NCBI RefSeq assembly: GCF_947568905.1
Contig: NC_079173.1
Location: forward strand, 19,282,001-19,346,000
Reading direction: 5' to 3'
Length of the DNA: 64,000 nucleotides
DNA from: Ostrea edulis
Lineage: Eukaryota
Shown in pieces: positions 36,013 to 48,300 of this stretch. Position numbers and translations under genes: made by a program. The notes under the pieces are model-generated. The model ran no database searches. It was not told where the DNA came from and was given only the letters and a program-made list of their open reading frames with translations. Within the stretch, counting starts at the first letter, position 1. Every line of letters starts with the position of its first letter.

Positions 36013-37853
36013 CAAGAAATACAATATATATTCCAATGGAGGTCATAGATACAGATGGAAATATCATTACTAATGAACGAGAAGTTTTAAATAGATGGCA
36101 AATTGATTTCCAAAATTTGTATAACGGTAACGTGAATACTGATTTTTTTCAAGATCATTACGATAGTTCAAGGCTAGAAAAAACAAGGTTGGAAAATAAT
36201 ATGAAACTTCAATCATTCATCTGCAATGAAGAATTAAATTATGATATATCGCTGGAAGAAATTTCTGATATTGTACTGCACTCTAAATCTAAATCTGCTA
36301 GTGGGTATGATGAAATTCCATATAGTGTTCTAAAATTCCCAATGATAATTAAAACATTACGTAATCTCTTTCAACTTATATTTGATTCAAGATGTGGGTG
36401 TAAATATCGCAGATGAAAAGCTGTCCGTTTTATTATATGCAGACGATATAGCCTTAATAGCTAAGACACCGGAAGAATTACAATGTATGTTACAAAAACT
36501 GCACAACTGGTGCAGGCATTGGAGAGTCCTTATAAATACTGAAAAATCCAAATGTATGCACTTTCGTAAAACTAGAACAAAAGGAACAGAGTTTGAATTC
36601 ACTATTGGAACAAATACATTAGAAATAGTAGATAGCTATAAATATCTTGGAATCATATTTACTTACACTGGAAATTTTACAAAAAATGCAGAAAATCTTG
36701 CTAAAGCTGGAGGACGGGCACTTGGAAAAATTATTTCTACAATACACAATAATAAAGAATTTGGATTCACTGCTTACGAAAAATTATTTTACTCTTGCGT
36801 TTTACCTATATTAGACTATTCGTCCAGTGTTTGGGGGTTCAAAAAATTCCAGTCAATAGATAATGTTCAAAATCGAGCCATTAGATATTTTTTGGGAGTA
36901 CATCGTTTTGCACCTTTATTGGCAATCTATGGAGATACGGGGTGGATACCCAGTCAATATCGTCGATGGATTAATATGATAAGATTTTGGAATAGAGTAT
37001 TGTTATTTGACAGTGAACGCATTACTAGAAAAGTGTTTGAAATGGATTATGATATATGTAGAAACAACTGGTGTAGTGCTCTGAAAGAAATTTTGCAAAA
37101 TTTGGAACTGGAAAGTTATTTTGACTCAAAATTGTTAATAGACATGAATGTTCTTCAAACAAATATGCATTACTATTACTCAAATATCTGGAAAAATGAA
37201 GTATTTAAAGTACCTAAATTACGAACTTATGTGTCTATAAAATCAACCTTTGGTCGAGAAAATTATGTAACATTGGATATGCCAAAATACTTTAGGTCAA
37301 TTATGTCGCAGTTTAGATGTGGTATTTTACCTTTAAGAATAGAGACGGGAAGATATTATGGGGAACCTGCTGTTGAAAGAATATGCTCATTGTGTTCATT
37401 AAATTGTGTGGAAGACGAAATTCATTTTTTACTCTATTGTCCATTGTATTCTAAACTCAGAACAACTTTGTTTGAAAACACGGGATTTAATCAAATGTCA
37501 ATGTCAGATGTAGAGGTTCTTCGAATGTTAATAACAAACTACCCAAGACAATTAGCAAAATACTTGTACTCCTCCTTTTCTCTTAGACAATCTATTATAT
37601 TTGGAAAAATCAACAACTGAGCTATTTATACATTATATACTTATTATACATGTATACACATGTATGTATATATAATTACAGAAAATGTTATTATGTGCAA
37701 TTATTTGCATTATATATTATTATATCAATGTTTAAAGTGGCATATAGGCCCGACGGGCCGGGTGTTTATTGATTTGTGTATTGTGATAAAATTGGATGTA
37801 TGAATATATGTACATATGCCACTATAATAAATAAAATTACTTACTTACTTACT
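36013..37853 (+). mobile_element. LINE, 5'-truncated with a large internal deletion in RT; intact 3' ORF part with Cys/His knuckle and (TTAC)n tail
   Basis: ORFs 35970..36416 (KSASGYDEIP) and 36382..37620 (LLYADD, YKYLG, ICSLC...EDEIHFLLYCPLY); 3' UTR hairpin ggcccgacgggcc; tail 37837-37853. Clade unresolved (RTE-X/CR1-group-like). Confidence 0.88.
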
Positions 37854-39233
37854 GTACATTTTCATGATTTTTGAAGTAATACTAATCTCTATGGTTTCTG
37901 AATTTTTTGAATATTTAGAAATCGTTGTTATGGGGCGGCGGTATATGTATGCACAATGTCTACACTCGGGCGGTAAGAAAACTCCTCTGAAACTTTGAAA
38001 TGTTTTAAATGTTATTTCTACATCATGGATTCCTTTAAATAATCACACAAAGCGAGTCTCTCCTTCTCTTTAATAAAGGTAACCTATATTTGTGTGCATG
38101 CACGAAGAACTGCCATGGATCACGACTATGAAGCCAATCTGATTAGAAATCGGGTATACACATGCATTCCGTATTTAAATATAGGGATTGTCTACTGTAT
38201 GAATTAAATATTTTTGCATAGGGGCAAAGTGATGATTTACAAAGATTTTCTTAACTGAATTGTTAATTCGAATCCTGATTCCCAATGCACTCTTTTAACA
38301 CCTAGTACGTCCAAGGTATTTTATTATCGGACTAAAAGCATGTCTCATGGATAATCGGATCGCCAGTCAATCTATCTTTAAGGGATATTTCCAAATGATT
38401 TCATTGGACTTCATTGTAATTAATTAGCAGAATAGTTCTGCGTTACAAAGGTTGTTAACAATATACTCAGTGACCACGTGTATATTAATGAGCAACCAAC
38501 GAAAGTTTTAGAACTTTGGTTCATAAGAGGATGAAGAACGGCATGGGAATAGTATAATTCATGATAAATAAAAAACATAAAAATAAAAAAGTATTAGAAA
38601 ATACCGAAAAATTTTGAGTGAATGAATATAAGACGATAGATAAATAAAATAGATGATCGTATTAACTAGCCTTTCGCCATGGAGTACACGGATGTTCTAT
38701 CAACTTGAAAGACGATTGAGTCACGTTAAGACAGGAAGTGTGCTGTCGATGTTAATGGAAAAAAATTCTCTTTTAAAGATTTAGATGATGATGATGCCAT
38801 GATCATTTTGAACTTATATCGTATGTTACAGGTTAAATCTAGGTAATAGCGATGTTGTAACTGAGCATATATTTCTTCAGCTTGACCAATTTATCTTTTT
38901 TCCTGTGAGTGATAATTTAATACAAGTTTGTTGGGTTTTTTTCAACGTGATATTGTAACAGTTTGAAATAACTGTTCCAGGAACTCAAAGCAAAAGTTGC
39001 ATTGATTGTTTAGTTACAACAGACGTGCAGGTTTAAATGTGTGAAAGCAGTTTGTGAACGGGGGGTTATTTTCCCAAGGTTACCAAAAATCGATACCCCC
39101 ATTGCGACTTTTGATCGTCTGTACAAGTAAGTTAATTTTCAAGAAGTTTGCAATTTTACTCATCATTTCTAACTAATTACTTTTTCGCCGCTACGACTTA
39201 CCAAACTTACTGGAATTCGTTTGTGCGTGTATA

Positions 39234-39897
39234 GATAAGATAAGATAAGTTTATTCCAATTTTGGGCCCAGAGGGCATAACAGTAAGACATTTTATAAAG
39301 AAGGAAATTCAAAAAAGAAAGAAAGTTTACAACATTAAATACAGGTTACATAGACTGCAAACTGCGTGTGGATGCAGCATGTTGGGGAAACAAGTACATA
39401 CATATATGAATTGCTGATCATGTATATATACAAGTAGATGGACAGTATCAGTATTATACCAATATATGAATAATAAACTATAATGATTTTTGCAGTTTTA
39501 AAGCATCACTTCTTTTTCTGAAAGTTTGCACTAAATATTCACTCAATTTGACAATTACTGGTTTGTCTTCATTAATCATCAACCAAGTAAATTTGTCCTT
39601 ATTTGTTAGATAGATAAAAATTTTGTTGAGCTTGTATATACCATTAAAAAACATATTTCTCTCTTCAACATAGAATGGACAATCAGTAAGGAAATGAAAT
39701 TCATCTTCAACACAATTAAGGTTACATAATTCACATATTCTTTTGTTTCTTTCTAAAGAAATCTTCTGGCCAGAATTGGTTTTTGTAAATTCATATCTTC
39801 CTCTTTCAATTCAAATCACTAGCGCTAGTTATTTTGGAACTGCATATTTTCCTGCTTTTTTTATTTAATCATTTTGACTGTGTGCACGTGATATCAA
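39234..39897 (-). mobile_element. LINE 3' fragment, decayed, cut by the gap
   Basis: Minus strand IERGRY...ICELCNLNCVEDEFHFLTDCPFY; (CTTAT)3 tail at 39234-39248. Confidence 0.8.
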
Positions 39898-40030
39898 NNN
39901 NNNNNNNNNNNNNNNNNNNNNNNNNNNNNNNNNNNNNNNNNNNNNNNNNNNNNNNNNNNNNNNNNNNNNNNNNNNNNNNNNNNNNNNNNNNNNNNNNNNN
40001 NNNNNNNNNNNNNNNNNNNNNNNNNNNNNN
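39898..40030. other. Assembly gap (133 N)
   Basis: Run of n. Confidence 1.
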
Positions 40031-41526
40031 ATTACGTGACGAAATTAAAGTGAAGGGGGGGGGGGGTACATGTATATAGTGGGGAATTTAAAGGATAGCG
40101 GGAAAATAGGGTGTTTCATAATAAATGTTACGTTTTGAATCTATAATTGAACAAACACAGGAAATAGATAAATAAAAAAGTTTATAACTATATGTATCCA
40201 TTAGATTCGTTGTGAATAATGCTGAACCTAACTTTCAAATTTAAGAAGACATTTGAATCATTAACTGAAAATCAAATTTCTGAATTAGACTACCTCATTT
40301 TTATCATGTTCAATCTCATAACGTCAAACTTTACACACACACACCTCCTCTCTCGTGACAGTAACTCTGCTTACCAACACTGCGGATATGCATTGTGACG
40401 TTTTACTTTTAGGTTTTTAATATTTCAATATCAATTGATCATGTACAGTGCTGATCATTATTCATAGATATTTGCACTTTACATTTTTTTGATGTGCTGT
40501 TTATAATTCTAAAAAAAATTATGTATACTTGAAATGTGCAAGTGACGTTTCGACTTGACAAACAAAAAAATATTGATAAATGTTTAAAATGGAGACATGA
40601 TATTTCTGCACACCACACTGAACCCCATATGCTTCCATTGTGTTGTGCTCCCATAATGCGAACAAACCGGAAAACATGCATGGCGTCCATCAGATTCTAC
40701 ACGTATATTTAACATTAAAATCTACGTGTAAAACTTAGAAGAAAAAAAATATTCAGAAACAAGTTGTGCAATGTATATGATTTATAACCTTTAATGAATC
40801 ATTGATTTACAAATTAATCATGGGTATTTAATCTGACGTTATCTCTTGCACCTTTATATAGTGTTAGCCAGATGTTAACTGTCAGTTAAATTTAAATAAT
40901 TTTTGTGTAACTGGTTGATAAAGACACATAAAGTGCAAAACAGATGAATGCAAGACAAAGAGTCGAGAAGGTCACATTGGTTATTAATTAAGTTGAAGGG
41001 GGGGGGGGTTAAACATGGGGAATTAAGGGAAAGGTGAAGATGTGTATATTCCGTATACGCTAAAAGGCTGTATAGTTGACACCAATCTCTCACCAGAGGG
41101 CGTATTACGCTACGCTACAACACCTCTGTCAACATCTAAATGTCAAGATTCTTGGCAAAACTTACTTTTACCTATTGCATCATAAATAATGATTTTACCA
41201 GTTTTAGTTTTACGCTTTAAATCTTAAAGTGGGTTTACAAAAACAACCGTGGCGAATTCCATGATTATTCTAGTATTATTGAATGAATGAATATTCATAT
41301 AAACCTTCGAATTTGCTCAGGTGTCTCATATTTACCATCTTCTGCTTTAAAAAAAATAATTCAGACAAGTGTTTGATTTGCTTAAAGATACATGTATTAT
41401 CACTACAGTTTTGTTAACGTTATATTCTGTATGGAATTTTAGAATTTTTATGTTTTCGAATTCTATATATATTTCACCACGGGACTATCTGAATTTTGAT
41501 CGGTAAATAGATACAAAACGAAAACA

Positions 41527-41578
<52 letters not shown>

Positions 41579-41902
41579 TTTTCTTCTTTAGTATCTATTT
41601 ATATTGATCAAAATTCAGATACCTGTTATTTCACATGCAAAATGTATCACAAATTTCCTTCCTTCATTGCGTGGAATGAATTTAAGGAAGGAAAATAGTG
41701 ACAGATCGGCCTCCTTTTTCAGATATAGCAACATGAATGAAACATATGCTTCGATTTAACAGTTGAAAGACTTTTGGACAAAAACATGAAATTGTCCACT
41801 TTTTGTGGGAAATCTCAATCAATACGTAAAATTAGATTTGTAAATCCGTTCCTTGTACAAGCTTGTGAGCGCATTGTTGAGGAGCGGATAAAAAAAAAAT
41901 AC

Positions 41903-41941
<39 letters not shown>

Positions 41942-42012
41942 ATAACATGTCAAAATATTTTTCCAGAGAGCTACAGTTCTGCAGTTCTGCAGCTAGTACG
42001 AATCATGCGGAC

Positions 42013-42015
<3 letters not shown>
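40031..42015 (+). repeat. ~2-kb block, copy B (starts at the gap edge)
   Basis: Match to 33981-35990. Confidence 0.9.
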
Positions 42016-42066
<51 letters not shown>

Positions 42067-42089
42067 GAGAGAGAGAGAGAGAGAGAGAG

Positions 42090-42421
42090 GATTCATCCAA
42101 GACATTTAATAAAGGCTTGTATCCAACTTATCCACGCTGTCCTATGAAATATCAGATGAGATTTCCTACAACCTAATTAAAATCAGACTTGTATTTTTTT
42201 TTTTTTATCCTCAACAATACGCTTCACAAGCTTGTACAAGGAACAGATTTACAAATCTAATTTTACGTATTGATTGAGATTTCCCACAAAAAGTGGACAA
42301 TTTCATGTTTTTGTTCAAAAGTCTTTCAACTGTTAAATCTAAACATATGTTTCATTCATGTAGCAATGTCTGAAAAAGGAGGCCGATCTGTCACTATTTT
42401 CCTTCCTTCATTCCACGCAAT
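42090..42421 (-). repeat. Inverted copy of about 35534-35845 / 41666-41905
   Basis: Reverse-complement match by inspection. Confidence 0.85.
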
Positions 42422-42964
42422 ATTCAGAACTTTATATTTGTTGATCCGCCCCTAGCTAGTTGTGTATTGCAATACGTCACGAACGGAGAAAGCCGAGTTT
42501 CTCCGATTTGCCGATCGGTGTATCTAGAGGGAAACATAAACATCGATTCGTCGAAAACACGTGTAGTGTTCAAGCCGGTAAGAATCTTCAATACTTTGTT
42601 TAAAATTATAAATTTTACAGATATGTGTAGTTCCCTGGGTTTGTTAATTCTCATAGTAATATTTTCCCCACAATTTAGTATTTTAAAATCTGTGGATCGC
42701 TTGGTTTTTCACGAAACATGATTTTCAATGGGTAACATCCATAGACAATCCCATATCACGCGTGAAGAAATTATATACACGCATGTCGTTTAATGAATCG
42801 TCTATCATAATCAATGAGTATGGTTTTTATAAACTGTTTTATTTCTTTAAAAAATAATTTCGTTCAATAGGCTAACTTTTTCAATTTTTTTAATTTATGG
42901 AATTACAATCATATTTAATAGCTGGTTTCAGCATTATTGATTCGTGTGTTTGCATCATCTAGAG

Positions 42965-43048
42965 GATTAAGTACTTGGCGCGCACTCCGCGAACGCGCGT
43001 AAACAGCACTTCCTTGCTGAAGGTGGAGGGAAAACACGTGCATTGAGG
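42965..43048 (+). promoter_or_regulatory. Candidate core promoter / non-coding first exon of the SLC28 gene
   Basis: Local CpG-rich patch (ggcgcgcactccgcgaacgcgcg) in AT-rich DNA, ending in the consensus donor gagg|gtaaga about 2.2 kb upstream of the first coding exon. Inference only. Confidence 0.35.
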
Positions 43049-43647
43049 GTAAGACAAAGAAACAGTGTTAACTAAAGTAAAATGAAAAAATTAATATATT
43101 TAGAATTCATAATTATTAAATTATCATTTTCATGATCTGCATCCATGACTTTTAAAAAGATTCATAATTTTGGATGTTTTTGTTGGGTTTTTTTTTTCTT
43201 ATTTTATTTCTGGTTTTATTTATCTTATTTTCTTTACTTTTTTTGTATTATTATTTGGGTTTTTATTTTTATTTAGTTTATTTAGCGTATGTACACGTTT
43301 AGAGTTTAACATATTAGCTTAAATGTTGTCATATCTGATATATACATATTTAAAACATGCTATAAGGGCCTATATCTCTCAAATAGCATATTTTAGCACA
43401 ACTTTAGAAACATTGAAGAATTTCTATTATTTAATTAAACTATGCCATCAATATGTAACAAAACTTTTTCCATTTTTTTTTTTTTTTTTTTGGTTAATTA
43501 CTGTTTTCTGGAGGGAAAAAATAAGCTTGCAAAAACAATACTATTTTATTTCTAAAGAATGAAATAGTGGGAAAATGCCTTCTCCATGTCATAATTCCAA
43601 AGATCAAATTGAGATGCATCAAGGTTTTAACACAAAACAGTTATTAA

Positions 43648-44000
43648 TTTTTATGCCTCAGATCTGAAGATCCAGACCACATTGTTTTTCTCTCCCTGCC
43701 TTTCTGTTTGTCTGAGTAAAACCTAATTTAAAACATAAATGATGAGTGATAAGGCTCTCATATTTCATATCTCAGCATTCCTTCTGACAAGACCATTCTT
43801 TTCATAAAGTTTATGACCTCAGTGTGACTCTGGAATTTGACCTGCATATAAGAAAAGTTAATTCAGTAAATATTTCCTGAATAATTTAGGTAGCTGAGAG
43901 CAATCATATTTTGTGTATATATATATTCCTTATGATATTAGGCCTCTCATTTGTTTCTTTGTTGGCACTGGGGGCGAAATGTCTTACAAACACATTTTGT
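43648..44000 (+). mobile_element. Putative Helentron-associated non-autonomous element (HINE-like), decayed
   Basis: T-rich start, short internal inverted repeat, ctgt-type microsatellite remnant and a terminal ...cacaaacacattttgt-like end; pattern recognition only. Confidence 0.35.
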
Positions 44001-44468
44001 AATACAAATTTGGAAGGCAAATAGAGTCCTTGTAATTAATATATAGTTCTTGTTATAAGATATGAACCAGTCGACATAATAGCCTATTGGTGTATTAGGA
44101 ATTTGACCTTCAAACACAAAGGTCACGTGTCACGGTAGGCATTGTCAACCTCCACAGCTACATCTTCAGGTGCCATTCTTGTGGTACTTCACATGAAGAG
44201 GGTGACATCTCTATACCTTGAGTGAAAATTTCTCATAACAATAAACACAAACAAAACGAAACATGGTTGATTTGTGATAAACCTAGAAATAATTATATAT
44301 CTAAGAACAGTAATGAATTATACTTATGTATGTGAATGTTTAATTTCGTAGCGATTATGTTGAAGCAAGGAATTTAGTAAGATGTTCAAAATTTTCAAAT
44401 GGTGTCTAAGTTAGATTAGTATTGTAACTCGCATGTTGTAGTTTAATATTAATGCATCTTATCAAAAT

Positions 44469-44650
44469 GCGGTATCTGGCTTGTGTAGTGGTTAATGCTC
44501 TAGTTTCTCACCACTGTGACCTGAGTTCGATCCCCGTGATCGGCAGTGGGTTGTATGTGAGAGGGTATGGTGGTCGCCCACTCTGACATTTGTTTTTCCT
44601 TCAGGTACTCCCGTTTCCTCCCACAAAAAGACCCTCTAGCTCCAGCATTC
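44469..44650 (+). mobile_element. tRNA-derived SINE, decayed
   Basis: A box gtgtagtggttaa, B box gagttcgatccc, then ggtactcccgtttcctcccaca. Confidence 0.65.
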
Positions 44651-45309
44651 ATGCAAGTTGGTAAATAGCTAGTATATAGCTAATGTTCATTGTTATTTGT
44701 ATGTGTGACTTTAAAAATAAAGATTATTATTATTTATTAAAATCCTTTTTATCAATTCAGTGTCACATTAGTACCATATTCATCGTACGGAGAGGCCTGG
44801 GCATTTAGAAAATCGGAAAAAGGAGACCAGTTATTTGGTACTTTGTGTAGATATATTTCCAATGAAATTTAAATTTAGACTTGAGAAATGTTTAAATAAA
44901 AATTCTAAATGAGTTATTGTTACACTTTCCTTTATGATGTTATATACATGTAATCTACATGAGTCTAATAGGGATTAATTGTGGCGCTCAATAGAATGAA
45001 TACGGTACATGACGTTGCTAGAAAGACTTCAGATCAAGTTTCCAAATTTACATTTACTAACAGCTTTCAGTTTCATTGCCTTCATTTTTTTTATGACCAA
45101 TGTCCATGCTAGCTGGTGAGTATAACCACTGATCAGAAAGATGAACATCAGAGGGCCGAGTATCTGATCCCAGATTTAGAAGCCCGGGTCTAAGCCCTTT
45201 TAATGAACCATCATCTGACACTTTTCCTCCATTCCAGATATTGTTATTTTACGTTCTGTAGAGGCAATTGTTATAAATGGTTCCTATATATACTTTACAG
45301 AGTTCCACC

Positions 45310-48300
45310 ATGTCCAAACCACTCGTCTCGTCCACCCCCATGAAGTATGAGAAGTCGGACTGCAGTTTGCTGACCAATTATACAGAAGTGCCCACAGAGG
45401 ATTCCATTGCCGGACCAGATGAAATAGCTGTCTGCATCGAGAAAAGTATGTTGTTTTCATTTGTCGTGACAATGAATTTAAACACATCTTCTAAGTTGAC
45501 ATCTTAAATTCTCCAGTTTTATACTGAAGTAACTCCATTTATTGTAGTTTTTTTTAAATCTGTATTTGAAGTAGGATGACTCCTTGAGTTTGCTATAATC
45601 ATTGAATCATCATTTACATTTGATTTATTGTCAGCTTGACTAAATAAAGTGTTGGCTTTGTTGAAACCAGTTTTGATTTCAGTTGCAGCAATGGTTTAAC
45701 TGTCAATATTCATAGCCAAAAATTCTCCCGATTCTTGGAATTGTCAATATTTACAGCCAAAATCCTCAAGGGTTGTGGAATTGTCAATATTTACAAGCAA
45801 TATCCTCCGAGGTCATGGAACTTGTATATGGTGAAAATTTTCTTTAGCAATTGTGTCCTCAAGGAAAATAACTCTGAATTTGCTTTCCTTTTTTAGTTCC
45901 AGTGAAGAGAGGTCTAAATGAAACTGAAGACAGCGACTCAACGTTATCGTCTGACGCCAGCAGTAACATGTTGTTCAATAGCTTTGTCCAGATTCATGTC
46001 GGGGTGTCCAACTTCTACAAGTCTAATCATTCCCACATCAAAACGGTAAGACTGTCACTAAAACATTCCCACAACAAAACAGTAAGACTGTCACTAAAAC
46101 ATCTGCACATCAAAACGGTAAGACTGCCACTAAAACATCCCCACATCAAAACGGTAAGACTGTCACTAAAACATCTGCACATCAAAACGGTAAGACTGCC
46201 ACTAAAACATTCCCACATCAAAACAGTAAGACTGCCACTAAAACGTTACCAAATCAAAATGGTAAGACTGCCACTAAAACATTCCCACATCAAAACAGTA
46301 AGACTGTCACTAAAACATCCCCACATCAAAACGGTAAGACTGTCTAAAACATTCCCACATCAAAACGGTAAGACTGTCACTAAAACATCCTCACATCAAA
46401 ACGGTAAGACTGTCTAAAACATTCCCACATCAAAACGGTAAGACTGCCACTAAAACGTTACCAAATCAAAATGGTAAGACTGCCACTAAAACATTCCCAC
46501 ATCAAAACAGTAAGACTGTCACTAAAACATCCCCACATCAAAACGGTAAGACTGCCACTAAAACATTCCCACATCAAAACGGTAAGACTGCCACTAAAAC
46601 ATCCCCACATCAAAACGGTAAGATTGTCTAAAACATTCCCACATCAAAACGGTAAGACTGTCACTAAAACATCCCCACATCAAAACAATAAGACTGTCTA
46701 AAACATTCCCACATCAAAACGGTAAGACTGCCACTAAAACGTTACCAAATCAAAATGGTAAGACTGCCACTAAAACATTCCCACATCAAAACAGTAAGAC
46801 TGTCACTAAAAGATCCCCACATCAAAACGGTAAGACTGCCACTAAAACATTCCCACATCAAAACAGTAAGACTGTCACTAAAACATCCCCACATCAAAAC
46901 GGTAAGATTGTCTAAAACATTCCCACATCAAAACGGTAAGACTACCACTAAAATATCCCCACATCAAAACAGTAAGACTGTCACTAAAACATCCCCACAT
47001 CAAAACGATAAGACTGTCTAAAACATTCCCACAACAAAACGGTAAGACTGTCACTAAAACATTCCCACATCAAAACAGTAAGACTGTCACTAAAACATCC
47101 CCACATCAAAACAGTAAGACTGCCACTAAAACATCCCCACATCAAAACGGTAAGACTGTCTAAAACATCCCCACATCAAAACGGTAAGACTGCAACTAAA
47201 ACATCCCCACATCAAACAGTAAGACTGTCACTAAAATATCCCCACATCAAAACGGTAAGACTGCCACTAAAACATTCCCACATCAAAACGGTAAGACTGT
47301 CTAAAACATTCCCACATCAAAACGGTAAGACTGCCACTAAGACATCCTCACATCAAAACGGTAAGACTGTCACTAAAACATCCCCACATCAAAACGATAA
47401 GACTGTCTAAAACATTCCCACATCAAAACGGTAAGACTGTCTAAAACATTCCCACATCAAAACGGTAAGACTGCCACTAAAACATCCCCACGTCAAAACG
47501 GTAAGACTGCCACTAAAACATTCCCACATCAAAACAGTAAGACTGTCACTAAAATATCCCCACATCAAAACGGTAAGACTGCCACTAAAACATCCCCACA
47601 TCAAAACGGTAAGACTGTCACTAAAATATCCCCACATCAAAACGGTAAGACTGCCACTAAAACATTCCCACATCAAAACGGTAAGACTGTCACTAAAATA
47701 TTCCCACATCAAAACGGTAAGACTGCCACTAAAACATCCCCACATCAAAATGGTAAGACTGTCACTAAAATATCCCCACATCAAAACGGTAAGACTGTCA
47801 CTAAAATATTCCCACATCAAAACGGTAAGACTGCCACTAAAATATCCCCACATCAAAACGGTAAGACTGTCTAAAACATTCCCACATCAAAACGGTAAGA
47901 CTGTCACTAAAATATCCCCACATCAAAACGGTAAGACTGCCACTAAAATATCCCCACATCAAAACAGTAAGACTGTCTAAAACATATATTGATGAACATC
48001 TGGGATATCTAATGAGAACGGTAAAATATACCAATCATGAATTGTTACGTTTGAATTCTTCTAACATTCGAGTCGAACTTTGGATAGATCGGTAGGGAAT
48101 TTAATGTAATGTAGCCGTCAGACAGGTTCGATCACTGTTGGCCAAATAATGCATTTGTTGGAGAACCTGCCTAGAGATTCAGGGAGTCTGGGTTCAAATC
48201 CTACTCTGGTCCATTGCATTTTCTCCCTTTTACATTTCATGCTGTAGACCAGCCCCTAGAACTGACAGGTGAAAATGCCTGCTTGGGGATAAAGATCCTG

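Noticed and set aside
46471-48034. Stand-alone ORFs in the 36-bp array (both strands)
   Set aside because: Produced by a stop-free repeat unit; no independent start context or domain.
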